A stretch of 64,000 nucleotides of DNA from contig CAWGJT010000010.1 of NCBI GenBank assembly GCA_963822965.1, positions 800,001-864,000 on the forward strand, in the 5' to 3' direction. This document shows, one piece after another, positions 51,464-60,322 of the stretch. The notes under the pieces are model-generated. The model saw only the letters and a program-made list of their open reading frames with translations. It made no database searches and was not told the origin of the DNA. The position numbers and the translations under genes were made by a program. Each line of letters begins with the position of its first letter. Positions within the stretch are counted from its first letter, which is position 1. Origin of the DNA: an uncultured delta proteobacterium (lineage in GTDB: Bacteria; Myxococcota_A; UBA9160; UBA4427).

Positions 51464-53689
51464 ATGAAGATCCAGCTGGGAGACGAGCAGGAGATGCTGC
51501 GCGAGACCTTCGCGCAGCTCTTCGCGGCGGAGTCGAGCCCGGAGCGGGTGCGGGCCGCCGAGCCCTTGGGCTTCGACCCGGCCCTGTGGAAGCAGCTCGC
51601 ACAGACGGGTGCCCTGCTGATGCGGGTGCCCGAGGCGTCAGGCGGCAGCGACTCGAGCCTGCTCGACGCGGCGGTCGTGGCGTTCGAGGCGGGGCGCAAG
51701 CTGGCCTCCGGACCCGTCCTGGAGGCGGTCGTCGCTGCCCGGGTGCTGGCGGCGTGTGCGGGAGACGCCGCGCGCGGCTGGCTGGATCGCCTGGGCGAGG
51801 GGACGGCCGTCGTCTCGCTGGCGCTGCCCGATCTGCGCGACGACCCCGAGCCCTGGGTGGCAGGCGGCGCGGTGGCGGACGCGGTGGTCGCCCGGGACGG
51901 GAGCGATCTGGTGCTGCTCGAACGAGGAGCGCCGGCCGCCGGCAGCCCCGCGAATCTCGGCTCCCAGCCCCTCGCGCGCTGGAGCCGGGAGGCCCATCGC
52001 AGCACGGTCCTGCTCTCCGGAGAGCCGGCCTGCCGGCTCTTCACAGCGGCGCGCGAGGAGTGGAAGCTCCTCACGGCGGCGGCGCTCGCCGGGGTCGGCC
52101 GCGAAGCCCTGGAGATCGCGGGTCGCTACGCGAGCGAACGCAGCCAGTTCGGCCGGCCCATCGGGTCGTTCCAGGGCATCGCCCACCCGCTGGCGGATTC
52201 GGCGGCCGACGTCGAGGGGGCCCGTCTGCTGGTGTGGAAGGCGATCTGGGCCGTCGCGCGGAGCCGGCCCGAAGCGGCGGCGCTCGTCTCGATGAGCTTC
52301 GTGTGGGCGGCGGGCGCCACGACCCGGGCGGTGGCGCGGGCGCTGCACACCCACGGCGGCTACGGGCTCTCGCTCGAGTACGACATCCAGCTCTATCACC
52401 GTCGCGGCAAGGCCTGGCCGCTGTGCTTCGGCGATCCCCAGGACGAGCTGCAGCAGGTTGCGGTGCGCCTGTGGTCGGATGCACCGCCGGTGGCGCTGCC
52501 CGATGCGGGGGAGGTGCATCTGGACTTCACCCTCGGCGAGGCCGCCGACGCCTTCGCCGCCGAGGCGCGTCGCTTCTTCGAGGAGAACCTGACGGACGAG
52601 CTGCGCGCGCATTCCCATTTCGCCTGGGAGGGACACCATCCCGAGTTCCAGCGCAAGCTCGCGGCGGCGGGCCTCCTGTATCCGGCGTGGCCCAGCGCCT
52701 ACGGCGGGCAGGACCGCAGCCCCTACGAGATGGCCGCGCTGGCCTCGGTGTTCGACGAGTTCGACTGGACGCGGTTCGCCATCACCACGACGGGGATGGT
52801 GGCCCAGACGGTGATGCGTTTCGGGAGCGACGAGCTGAAGCGCGAGGTGCTGCCGCGCATCGCACGCGGCGACGCGATCACGAGCATGGGCTACACCGAG
52901 CCCGGCTCCGGCTCGGACGTCGCGGCCGCCCAGACCCGCGCGGTCTGGAACGGCGCGGAGTGGGTGATCGACGGCCAGAAGATGTTCACCAGCGGTGCTG
53001 AGCTGGCCCAGTACGTCTTTCTGCTCACCCGCACGAATGCCGCGGTCGCCAAGCACAAGGGACTCACCATGTTCCTGGTGCCCCTGGATACGCCGGGCAT
53101 CGAGATCCAGCCGGTGCACACCCTCTCGGACGAGCGCACGAACTGCACGTACTACACGGACGTGCACCTGGACGACCGCTATCGGGTGGGACCGGTGGAC
53201 AGCGGCTGGGCGGTGGTCGCCCACGCGCTCGAGCTCGAGCACGGTGCCGGCCCGGTCGCGAGCCAGCGGCGGATGCTCCGGGGGGCCGTCGAGTGGGCGC
53301 GCGGCGCGCGACGCGGTGCCCAGCCGGCGCTGGACCATCCCGTGGTGCGGGCGCGGCTGGCGCGGGCCGCGGTGCACGCCGCGGTGGCAGGCGCCATGGC
53401 CGACCGCGCCCTCTACGTCGCCGCCGAGCGGAAGGGCGATCCCGCGATCGGCCCGATGCTGAAGTTCTTCTCGACAGACCGCTTCATCGAGGACGCGGCG
53501 GATCTGATGGATCTGTGTGCCCCGGAATCGCAGCTGCGCGGGCCCGAGGACGGGAGCGCCCGCGGTGCGTCCGCGGTGGAGTTCGCCTATCGCCTGTCGA
53601 CGGCCACGAGCATCTACGGCGGCACCAGCGAGATCATGAAGAGCATCGTGGCCCAGGCGTCGCTGGGCATGCCGCGAAGCCGGAGCTGA
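51464..53689 (+). CDS. Acyl-CoA dehydrogenase with two fused ACAD modules
   Basis: First module RSQFGRPIGSFQGIAH...HTHGGYG; second module GYTEPGSGSD, IDGQKMFTS, IYGGTSEIMK. Confidence 0.9.
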   Translation: MKIQLGDEQEMLRETFAQLFAAESSPERVRAAEPLGFDPALWKQLAQTGALLMRVPEASGGSDSSLLDAAVVAFEAGRKLASGPVLEAVVAARVLAACAGDAARGWLDRLGEGTAVVSLALPDLRDDPEPWVAGGAVADAVVARDGSDLVLLERGAPAAGSPANLGSQPLARWSREAHRSTVLLSGEPACRLFTAAREEWKLLTAAALAGVGREALEIAGRYASERSQFGRPIGSFQGIAHPLADSAADVEGARLLVWKAIWAVARSRPEAAALVSMSFVWAAGATTRAVARALHTHGGYGLSLEYDIQLYHRRGKAWPLCFGDPQDELQQVAVRLWSDAPPVALPDAGEVHLDFTLGEAADAFAAEARRFFEENLTDELRAHSHFAWEGHHPEFQRKLAAAGLLYPAWPSAYGGQDRSPYEMAALASVFDEFDWTRFAITTTGMVAQTVMRFGSDELKREVLPRIARGDAITSMGYTEPGSGSDVAAAQTRAVWNGAEWVIDGQKMFTSGAELAQYVFLLTRTNAAVAKHKGLTMFLVPLDTPGIEIQPVHTLSDERTNCTYYTDVHLDDRYRVGPVDSGWAVVAHALELEHGAGPVASQRRMLRGAVEWARGARRGAQPALDHPVVRARLARAAVHAAVAGAMADRALYVAAERKGDPAIGPMLKFFSTDRFIEDAADLMDLCAPESQLRGPEDGSARGASAVEFAYRLSTATSIYGGTSEIMKSIVAQASLGMPRSRS

Positions 53690-53775
53690 GGCCGGCGACC
53701 GGGCAGCCCGCACCTCGCTCGATCTCGCACGTCGCGATCGAGTACCCTCGTCACGACCTCGGAAGGGAGAACATC

Positions 53776-54639
53776 ATGACCCTGCGTGCCGGCTTCATCG
53801 GGCTCGGAAACATCGGCAAGCCGATGGCGAGCCATCTCGCGCCCAGCGGATTCGAGACCCACGTCTTCGATCTGGACCCCGCGCCGGTGCGCGCACTGGA
53901 GGAGGGCGGCGCCAAGGCGGCCCGCTCGCCGCGGGAGGTGGCGCAGAACGCCGACGTGATCGGCATCTGCGTGCCCGAGGACCGCCACGTCCGCGCCGTG
54001 CTGCAGGGCGAGGACGGGCTGCTGGCGGGCGCGACCCCCGGCACCCTCGTGCTGATCCACAGCACCGTGCTGCCCAGCACCGTGCTCGAGCTGGCCGCCC
54101 TGGCCGAGCCGTCGGGCGTCACGGTGATCGACGCCTGCGTGACCGGCGGCGACCAGCGCGCCGCCGAGGGCGTGCTGACCTACCTGGTGGGCGGCCCGGT
54201 AGAGGCCGTCGAGCGGGCACGGGAGTTCCTGGCGCCTTCGTCCGAGCAGGTGATCCACGCGGGCGAGCTGGGCAGCGGCGCCAAGCTCAAGCTCTGCATC
54301 AACGTGGTCACCTACATCCAGTGGGCGGCGGCCTACGAGGGCTGCCGGCTCGCCATGGCTTCCGGCCTGCCGGCGGAGGTGTTCGAGGCGGCGGGGAAGT
54401 CGAACGGGCAGCTCACCGACCTGCAGCTGCGCTACCTGGTCGGGGTGAAGCTCCCGGACGAGGCGAAGCACAGCGAGGGCTACCAGAGCTACGTGCGCGG
54501 GCACATGCACACGGCCGAGAAGGACCTCACCTGGGCGCTCCAGCTCGCCCGGGAGTCCCAGCTGTCCCTGCCGGTCAGCGGCCTGGTGTCCCAGCTGATG
54601 GCGAAGCTCTACGGCGTCGAGGATTCCGGGCGACGCTGA
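53776..54639 (+). CDS. 3-hydroxyisobutyrate/6-phosphogluconate dehydrogenase family NAD(P)-oxidoreductase
   Basis: GFIGLGNIGKPMA, IDACVTGG, GSGAKLKLCIN, KDL. Confidence 0.9.
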   Translation: MTLRAGFIGLGNIGKPMASHLAPSGFETHVFDLDPAPVRALEEGGAKAARSPREVAQNADVIGICVPEDRHVRAVLQGEDGLLAGATPGTLVLIHSTVLPSTVLELAALAEPSGVTVIDACVTGGDQRAAEGVLTYLVGGPVEAVERAREFLAPSSEQVIHAGELGSGAKLKLCINVVTYIQWAAAYEGCRLAMASGLPAEVFEAAGKSNGQLTDLQLRYLVGVKLPDEAKHSEGYQSYVRGHMHTAEKDLTWALQLARESQLSLPVSGLVSQLMAKLYGVEDSGRR

Positions 54640-55664
54640 GCGGCGGAGCCTTCGGATCTGGAACGAGCGCCGTCGGACGCGACGGCGTAGTGGGCGATCT
54701 GGATCTCCTCGCCGTAGTTCGCGTAGTCGCCCGCCGAGCGCTGGTCGCGGAAGTGGGACCAGGCCACGGGCCGATAGCGGGCCGGGGCGTGCTCGAGCAG
54801 CTCGGGGAGGGGCGCGCACACCGCCCGATAGCCGGGGTTCAGGAAGAACGGGGCGCTCAGGCGGTCGCGCTCGGCGTTTGCGAGCACCCGGTGCAGGGGC
54901 GAGCGATAGCGGTCGTTGCTCCACACCTGGAGCATGTCGGCCAGGTTCACCAGGAACGCATCCGGGACGGGCTCGACCAGCACGAAGCGATCGTCGTGCC
55001 AGGCCTGCAGCCCGGCGACCTCGTCCTGGTGGAGCAGGGTGAGGGCGCCGGCGTCCGTGTGGTGGTGCACGCCGAGACGACCTCGCTCGGGAAAGAGCGG
55101 CGCATCGGCGGGCGCCGGGTCGTCGCAGCGCGCGTAGCGGTTCAGGCGCACGAAGCTCGTGTGCCGCTCGAAGCTCGCGTCGAGGCGGTCGGGCGCCACC
55201 CCGAGGCTCGCGCACAGGGCGCGCAGCAACGCGAGACCGATGCGCGAGCACGCCTCGTAGTGGGCGAGCATCGTCTCGCGGAAGCCCGGCAGGAGCGACG
55301 GATCGGGCCACTGATTCGTGCCGTCGCTGTGGGCCGCGTCGGGATCCCGGGCGTCCCGCTCCGCCCCGTAGTCGAACACCTCCTTCCAGTCCGGCCGATT
55401 CTTCGTCAGCTCCTCGTCGTAGTATCCCCGGGCGTTGTCCCGGGCGCGGCGCACGCGCTGCTTCCGGTCGGGAGGCAGCTCGAAAAAGCGCCGCATGGCG
55501 TCCTCGAAACGCCGGCGCTCGGCGCGAGGGAGGCCGTGACCCACCACGTGGAACACGCCCCACTCGGCGCAGGGCTCCGGCAGGGAACGGGCGACGCGTT
55601 CGAGGGCGAGTCCGTCGCCCTCGACGAGGCCGTGGATGTCGATGACCGGAGGCTGCGGCTTCAT
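54609..55664 (-). CDS. 2OG-Fe(II) oxygenase, isopenicillin N synthase-like
   Basis: WGVFHVVGHG, HHTDAGALTLL (HxD), NLADMLQVWSNDRYRSPLHRV, RLSAPFF. Confidence 0.92.
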   Translation of the reverse strand: MKPQPPVIDIHGLVEGDGLALERVARSLPEPCAEWGVFHVVGHGLPRAERRRFEDAMRRFFELPPDRKQRVRRARDNARGYYDEELTKNRPDWKEVFDYGAERDARDPDAAHSDGTNQWPDPSLLPGFRETMLAHYEACSRIGLALLRALCASLGVAPDRLDASFERHTSFVRLNRYARCDDPAPADAPLFPERGRLGVHHHTDAGALTLLHQDEVAGLQAWHDDRFVLVEPVPDAFLVNLADMLQVWSNDRYRSPLHRVLANAERDRLSAPFFLNPGYRAVCAPLPELLEHAPARYRPVAWSHFRDQRSAGDYANYGEEIQIAHYAVASDGARSRSEGSAAQRRPESSTP

Positions 55665-55726
55665 GGCGGCTCGCTGGGGCTCGCTTCGAGGCTACCGCGG
55701 CTCGTGGCGTGGTGCCGCGCGGGGCG

Positions 55727-56344
55727 TCAGGGGTGAATCGAGACCGAGACCCCCGGCGCCACGTGGTCGGCCAGGAAGTCGATCTCCTCGTCTCGTACGG
55801 CGATGCACCCGAAGGTCCAGTCGAGCCGTGCCGAGGCGCCCCGCCATCGCTCGCCCTCGCCGTGCAGCCCGATGTCGCCGCCGAGGGCCGTATCCTGGGG
55901 CGGCGGCAGCCCCTCGTCGTGGGCGTCGAGGATGCGCTGGAGGTCGTCCCCCGAGAGGCGGCCTGCCGTGTAGCCCCGGAACGCGTCCTCGCGCGAGGGA
56001 TAGTCGAGGGGAATGAAGCGGTGGAAGCGCTCGCTCTGCCGCGCGGGCTCCATCACGTGGTAGCTCCCCTCGGGCGTTCTCAGGTCGCCGGCCATCTGCT
56101 TGTCGTCCCGTTGCTGGCGGCCGATCGCGACCTCCATGGCGACGACAGCCCCACCGGTGCAATAAGCTCGCAGCATGTGGTCTCGCTTCCAGATCTCGAT
56201 GCGTTCGATCTCACGGCATCCCGCCGGCCCCGTCTCCCGCGGCGGCGGGCGGGACGCGGAGGCGGGGGCCGGCGCCTCGCCCGTCGGCGCCGGGGGAGCC
56301 GGCGACATCCCGCAGGCCAGCAGCCACAGGCTCGTCGCCACCAT
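55727..56344 (-). CDS. YkuD-domain L,D-transpeptidase family lipoprotein, DpaA/YafK-like
   Basis: Lipobox-like LLAC; KQMAGDLRTPEGSY, FIPLDYPS, GGDIGLHG, WTFGCIAV; start uncertain. Confidence 0.82.
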   Translation of the reverse strand: MVATSLWLLACGMSPAPPAPTGEAPAPASASRPPPRETGPAGCREIERIEIWKRDHMLRAYCTGGAVVAMEVAIGRQQRDDKQMAGDLRTPEGSYHVMEPARQSERFHRFIPLDYPSREDAFRGYTAGRLSGDDLQRILDAHDEGLPPPQDTALGGDIGLHGEGERWRGASARLDWTFGCIAVRDEEIDFLADHVAPGVSVSIHP

Positions 56345-57239
56345 GCTCGCGGCGATCCTCGCGCTGGGTGCGGCGGCCCCCGACGAAGAGCGGCCCATCA
56401 CCCAGATCCCCCTGGTGGCCACCGCGGACCCGCTGCAGCGGCTGCGTCCCCCGATCGGCGATCCGCGCTCGGTGATCGTGCAGGAAGGGGACACCCTGCT
56501 GGACATCGCATACCGGAATCGTCTGGGCTTCCACGCGCTGAAGGACCTCAACCCGGGGGTCGACGTCTGGATTCCGCCGGTGGGCACCCGGATCAAGCTG
56601 CCGACCCGGCTCCTGCTCCCCGACGTCGAGCTCTCCGGCCTGGTGATCAACATTCCCGAGATGCGCCTCTTCGACGCCACGGCACCGGGGGGACTCGAGG
56701 TGTTGTCCGCCGCGGTGGGCGACCCCGAGGACCCGACGCCGGTGGGATCGTTCAGCGTCCAGGGCAAGCGCAGCGACCCCACCTGGAACGTGCCTTCCTC
56801 GATCCGCGAGGAGCGTCCGCACCTTCCCGGACAGGTGGCGGCGGGGCCGGACAACCCGCTCGGCAGTCGCTGGATGCGCATCGGACGCACATCCTACGGC
56901 ATCCACGGGACCAACAACCGCTGGTCGATCGGTCGCCTGGCGACCCACGGGTGCGTGCGCCTCTACGAGGAGGACATCCAGGAGCTCTTCGATCGCACGC
57001 CCGAGGGCACGCCGCTGCGCCTCGTCTACCAGCCCTACAAGTGGGGCCGGCGGGGGAGGACGCTCCTCTTCGAGGCCCACCCCGATCTGTACGGGCGGGT
57101 TCCCGATCGCCTCGCCGCGGCGCTGGCGCTGCCCCGCGAGCTGGGAATCCTCGGCGACGTGGACGTGGAGGCGGTCTGGCGGGCGGTCGAGGAAGCACGC
57201 GGCGTGCCGGTTCCCGCCGGCCAGCTACCGGCCGAATAG
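56343..57239 (+). CDS. LysM + YkuD L,D-transpeptidase, ErfK/YbiS/YcfS-like
   Basis: VQEGDTLLDIA...NPGVDVWIP, VINIPEMRLF, GPDNPLG, YGIHGTN...ATHGCVRL, YQPYKWG. Confidence 0.9.
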   Translation: MLAAILALGAAAPDEERPITQIPLVATADPLQRLRPPIGDPRSVIVQEGDTLLDIAYRNRLGFHALKDLNPGVDVWIPPVGTRIKLPTRLLLPDVELSGLVINIPEMRLFDATAPGGLEVLSAAVGDPEDPTPVGSFSVQGKRSDPTWNVPSSIREERPHLPGQVAAGPDNPLGSRWMRIGRTSYGIHGTNNRWSIGRLATHGCVRLYEEDIQELFDRTPEGTPLRLVYQPYKWGRRGRTLLFEAHPDLYGRVPDRLAAALALPRELGILGDVDVEAVWRAVEEARGVPVPAGQLPAE

Positions 57240-57280
57240 GAGCCTGCTCCCGCAGGCCGGAGGATTCCCTCACGCGCGAG

Positions 57281-58516
57281 CTAGAAGGTCGCCATCCCGT
57301 CCCAGGGCAGCTTGGCGAAGTTCAGGTTCACCATGAAGAAGAAGATCTCGTTGTCTTTGTAGTGGCCCTTGACGGCCGCGTTGTCGAGGTTGCCGCGGCC
57401 CAGGTTCAGGTACTCGAAGCCGAAGCCGAGGTTGGTGTTCTCGCTCCAGCGATACACGCCCCCGATCCCCCAGCGCCACTGCTCGTCGAGGGGGAGCGCC
57501 GCCGTCCGGTCGCTGGTGCTCAACGCCGACGAGTCGTAGCTGACGCCGGTCTGGGCGAGCCACTTCTCGTTGATGCGGTAGTGGACGCCGCCGCGGAGCT
57601 TCCAGGTGTTCTTGAAGCCGAGCCGGACGCGCGATTCGATTGGGCCGAGATCCAACGCCGTCGTCTGCAGCGCGTCCCAGAACTCGTAGGCCCAGCCGGC
57701 GCTGAGGGCGAGCGCGTCGGTCGCCTGCCAGCGTACGTCCATGCGCACGGCCTCGGCCAGCGGCAGCTTCACCTTGGTGTTCTGGCTCTGGGGAACCAGC
57801 GGGGGAAGCTTCGTCTTTCCGTCCAGGGTGAGCTTCGTCTTCGACTGGTAGACGATGCCCACCCGGAGATCCTCGGTGGGCTCGACCAGCGCCCCCACGA
57901 GGGCCGCCACGCCCCAGTCGTCGAGGTTCTTGAGGTGCACGGGGCCCCCGCCCGGTCCGGGGAACGCAAGCTTCCAATCGAGGGTGGCGTACGTGATGGT
58001 CGGGCCCGCCCCGACGGAGAGCCAGTCCGTAAGGCGGACCGCAGCGGTCGGGGCGAACGAGAGGGTGAAGAGCTGGATGCGCTTGACCTGGTTCCGGCCC
58101 GTCCAGTCGCTCTTGGGGTCGAGGGATGCGCCGGAGACCGAGAAGATCGCCAGTCCGGCGCGAAATCGGTCCGAGACCTTGTGGACGTAGGCGCTGCTCA
58201 CGAGCGGGACCAGGCCGCCCTGGTTCCCGCCGTTGTTGTCCGGAAAGTTCGGCGAGTCCGTGTCCTGGTCGAACTTGACGAGGCTCGCGCCCGGGGCCAG
58301 ACCGAAGTCGAACTGGTGCGAGTCCAGGTAGGTCATGCCCGCAGGATTCAGCAGCGCGGTGGAGGCATCCCCGGCCCGGGCCAGCTCACCCGACCCGGCG
58401 GCGCCCATGTCCGCGGTTCCGAACTCCGAGACATAGAGGCCACCGGCGAAGGCAGGCGGTCCGCTCGCGAGCCACACGAACGCGACGACGAGCATGCGCT
58501 GCAGAACCCTGGACAT
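57281..58516 (-). CDS. FadL/OmpP1 family outer-membrane long-chain fatty acid transporter
   Basis: Signal peptide ...AFA|GGLYVSEFG, AGDASTALLNPAGMT, C-terminal F. Confidence 0.88.
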   Translation of the reverse strand: MSRVLQRMLVVAFVWLASGPPAFAGGLYVSEFGTADMGAAGSGELARAGDASTALLNPAGMTYLDSHQFDFGLAPGASLVKFDQDTDSPNFPDNNGGNQGGLVPLVSSAYVHKVSDRFRAGLAIFSVSGASLDPKSDWTGRNQVKRIQLFTLSFAPTAAVRLTDWLSVGAGPTITYATLDWKLAFPGPGGGPVHLKNLDDWGVAALVGALVEPTEDLRVGIVYQSKTKLTLDGKTKLPPLVPQSQNTKVKLPLAEAVRMDVRWQATDALALSAGWAYEFWDALQTTALDLGPIESRVRLGFKNTWKLRGGVHYRINEKWLAQTGVSYDSSALSTSDRTAALPLDEQWRWGIGGVYRWSENTNLGFGFEYLNLGRGNLDNAAVKGHYKDNEIFFFMVNLNFAKLPWDGMATF

Positions 58517-58614
58517 CTTCACGCTCCCACCCGGCCGAACGAGCCGGCCTCCAAGGGGGCCGGCACGCGGACGGATCGCGTGCCGAGCCCGGGCTGCGGC
58601 CTCAGCTGGCGTCG

Positions 58615-58908
58615 CTACTTCGAGACGCTCTTGTTGAAGATCGCTTCGCTCTTGACGGCCGAATCCTGCGCTCGCTGCTCGGCGGCGGCGGCGGATGCGG
58701 CGGCCGTCTCGGCCTGGCGCCGGGCCTGGTCGGCGGTTCGGGCGGCCGTCGACGCGGTGTTCTCGGCCGCGGCGGCGCGCTGGTCGACGGCGTCGATCCG
58801 GGCCTCCAGGGCGTCGAGGCGCTTGGTGATCGCATCGACGTCGCTGTTGCTCGCGCAGGCCGTGTACGTGAGGACGAGGGCTGACAGGGTGAGAAGGATT
58901 CGCTTCAC
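58615..58908 (-). CDS. Lpp/OprI-like alanine-zipper lipoprotein ending in Lys
   Basis: GTG start with GGAG RBS; lipobox YTAC|ASNSD; Ala-rich heptad coiled coil; C-terminus IFNKSVSK. Confidence 0.85.
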   Translation of the reverse strand: MKRILLTLSALVLTYTACASNSDVDAITKRLDALEARIDAVDQRAAAAENTASTAARTADQARRQAETAAASAAAAEQRAQDSAVKSEAIFNKSVSK

Positions 58909-58940
58909 GAGAGTGGTCTCCAATGCCGGGGATGCGATTG

Positions 58941-58997
58941 CCTGGACTGTCTCCAGGACTGTCTCCAGGACTGTTTCCAGGACCATCTCCTGGACTG
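58941..58997. repeat. 12-bp tandem repeat CC(A/T)GGACTGTCT (~4.7 copies) upstream of the Lpp-like gene
   Basis: CCTGGACTGTCT / CCAGGACTGTCT / CCAGGACTGTTT / CCAGGACCATCT / CCTGGACTG. Confidence 0.85.
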
Positions 58998-59115
58998 CGG
59001 CCGCCCGGGCGACACCGGGCTCGCGGCTCATGCACCGTGCTGCCGCGCCGCGAACGATTGTGGGAATGCGCCGCGGCGTCAAGGGCTCGGGCCGGTTCGG
59101 GCGTCGAGTTGCCGC

Positions 59116-60186
59116 TCAGGCCTCCGGGGGAGGGCCCCGTCGCGCCGGATGCGCCGGCGGCTCCTCGGCGGCCTTGGGGCGTATCCCCATCGCGACGATG
59201 GGGCTACCGGGAATCGCGAGCGATGAGTCGGCATGCCCCAGCACCACCGCATCGGCCTCGGCCCGCACGGTCTCGAGCCGGCGACCGAAGACGTCCTGAA
59301 TCACGCCGAGCTGGGTGCCGGCGGCGACGACCTCGCCCGGGTGGACGCTGAAGCGCACGATTCCCGATCGCGTCGGACAGGGACGCTGGCTGTAGCGCAG
59401 GATGCGACCCCGGTAGCCGTGCGGGGCATGGGCAGGCTCGGCCGGGCCTTCGGCCCCGGGCTCGACGAGCTCGAGCCGGGCGAGGACGTTCCAGATGGCG
59501 TCGACGCCCGCCGCCACGCTCTTCTCGTCGACGAAGAAGGCCGAGCCCAGCTCGAGGGTGAGGGCAGGCACCCCTCTCTCGAGCAGGCTCCCGGTGAGCG
59601 TCCGCCGCAGCTCGGCGCGGGTGACGGTCTCGTCCTGCTCGTCCACGAGCAGGAATCCGGTGGCCGCCGCCAGGGCGCGGGCCGTCGTGTGGGCGTGGCG
59701 TCCCTCGCTCGAGGCCGGCCGGGGATCGATGAGCGCGTAGGGGATCGAGCGAATCCAGTCGTTGTGCAGGTCGAGCACCAGCGCGGGGGCGTCCGACAGG
59801 ATGCGCGAGTGCGCCAGCCAGGCGATCCGTTCGCCCAGGGTGCCCTCCGCGTCGCCGGGGAAGCAGCGGTTGAGATCCTCCCGGGTGGCGGGGATCGCGC
59901 GCGTCGCGGCCTCGAAGCCGAACGGGTTCAGCAGCGGGAAGGCGCACAGCCGACCCGAACGCATGGGACGCCTGCGGAGCCTGCGGAAGAGCTCCTGGAT
60001 CACCACGACGCCTCCCACCTCGTCGCCGTGGATGCAGCCGGTGAGCCAGACGGTCGAGCCCTCACGACCGCTGCGGGCCTCCATCACCGCCAGTCGCCGC
60101 TCGGCCAGGTCGATGCCCCGGAGCACCGGAATGCGCGAATAGCGAAGCCGCGTGCGAGGGGTCCTGCCTGTGGGGCTTCCGGCCAT
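59116..60186 (-). CDS. Succinylglutamate desuccinylase/aspartoacylase family (M14-like) hydrolase
   Basis: TGCIHGDEVGG, DLNRCFPG, LDLH, TLELG. Confidence 0.88.
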   Translation of the reverse strand: MAGSPTGRTPRTRLRYSRIPVLRGIDLAERRLAVMEARSGREGSTVWLTGCIHGDEVGGVVVIQELFRRLRRRPMRSGRLCAFPLLNPFGFEAATRAIPATREDLNRCFPGDAEGTLGERIAWLAHSRILSDAPALVLDLHNDWIRSIPYALIDPRPASSEGRHAHTTARALAAATGFLLVDEQDETVTRAELRRTLTGSLLERGVPALTLELGSAFFVDEKSVAAGVDAIWNVLARLELVEPGAEGPAEPAHAPHGYRGRILRYSQRPCPTRSGIVRFSVHPGEVVAAGTQLGVIQDVFGRRLETVRAEADAVVLGHADSSLAIPGSPIVAMGIRPKAAEEPPAHPARRGPPPEA

Positions 60187-60322
60187 TCCCTGCCTCCTGG
60201 ATGGCCGTCGCCCCCGGGCTCCCGACGTCGGGCGGCAACCGGGGAGGGAGTCGAGACGTGCCTCGGGGCCGGAGGCTACCAGGGGAACCGGTCGTCGTCC
60301 CCGGGCCTGCGTGGGGCAGGGC

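Noticed and set aside
51464..53689. Fused double ACAD (and fused double CoA-transferase at 26143-28635) as novelties
   Set aside because: Both tandem-domain architectures are already well known (e.g. FadE34-type ACADs, long CaiB/BaiF proteins).
54609..54639. 31-bp convergent overlap between the dehydrogenase and 2OG oxygenase 3' ends
   Set aside because: Common in high-GC genomes; tails are low-complexity.
57242..57257. GCCTGC-TCCC-GCAGGC hairpin between convergent genes as a terminator
   Set aside because: Only a 6-bp stem and no U-tract on either strand; insufficient support.
58909..59082. N-terminal extension of the Lpp-like ORF with VLET repeats
   Set aside because: A good RBS and signal peptide begin at GTG 58908; the VLET repeats are just the translated 12-bp DNA repeat.
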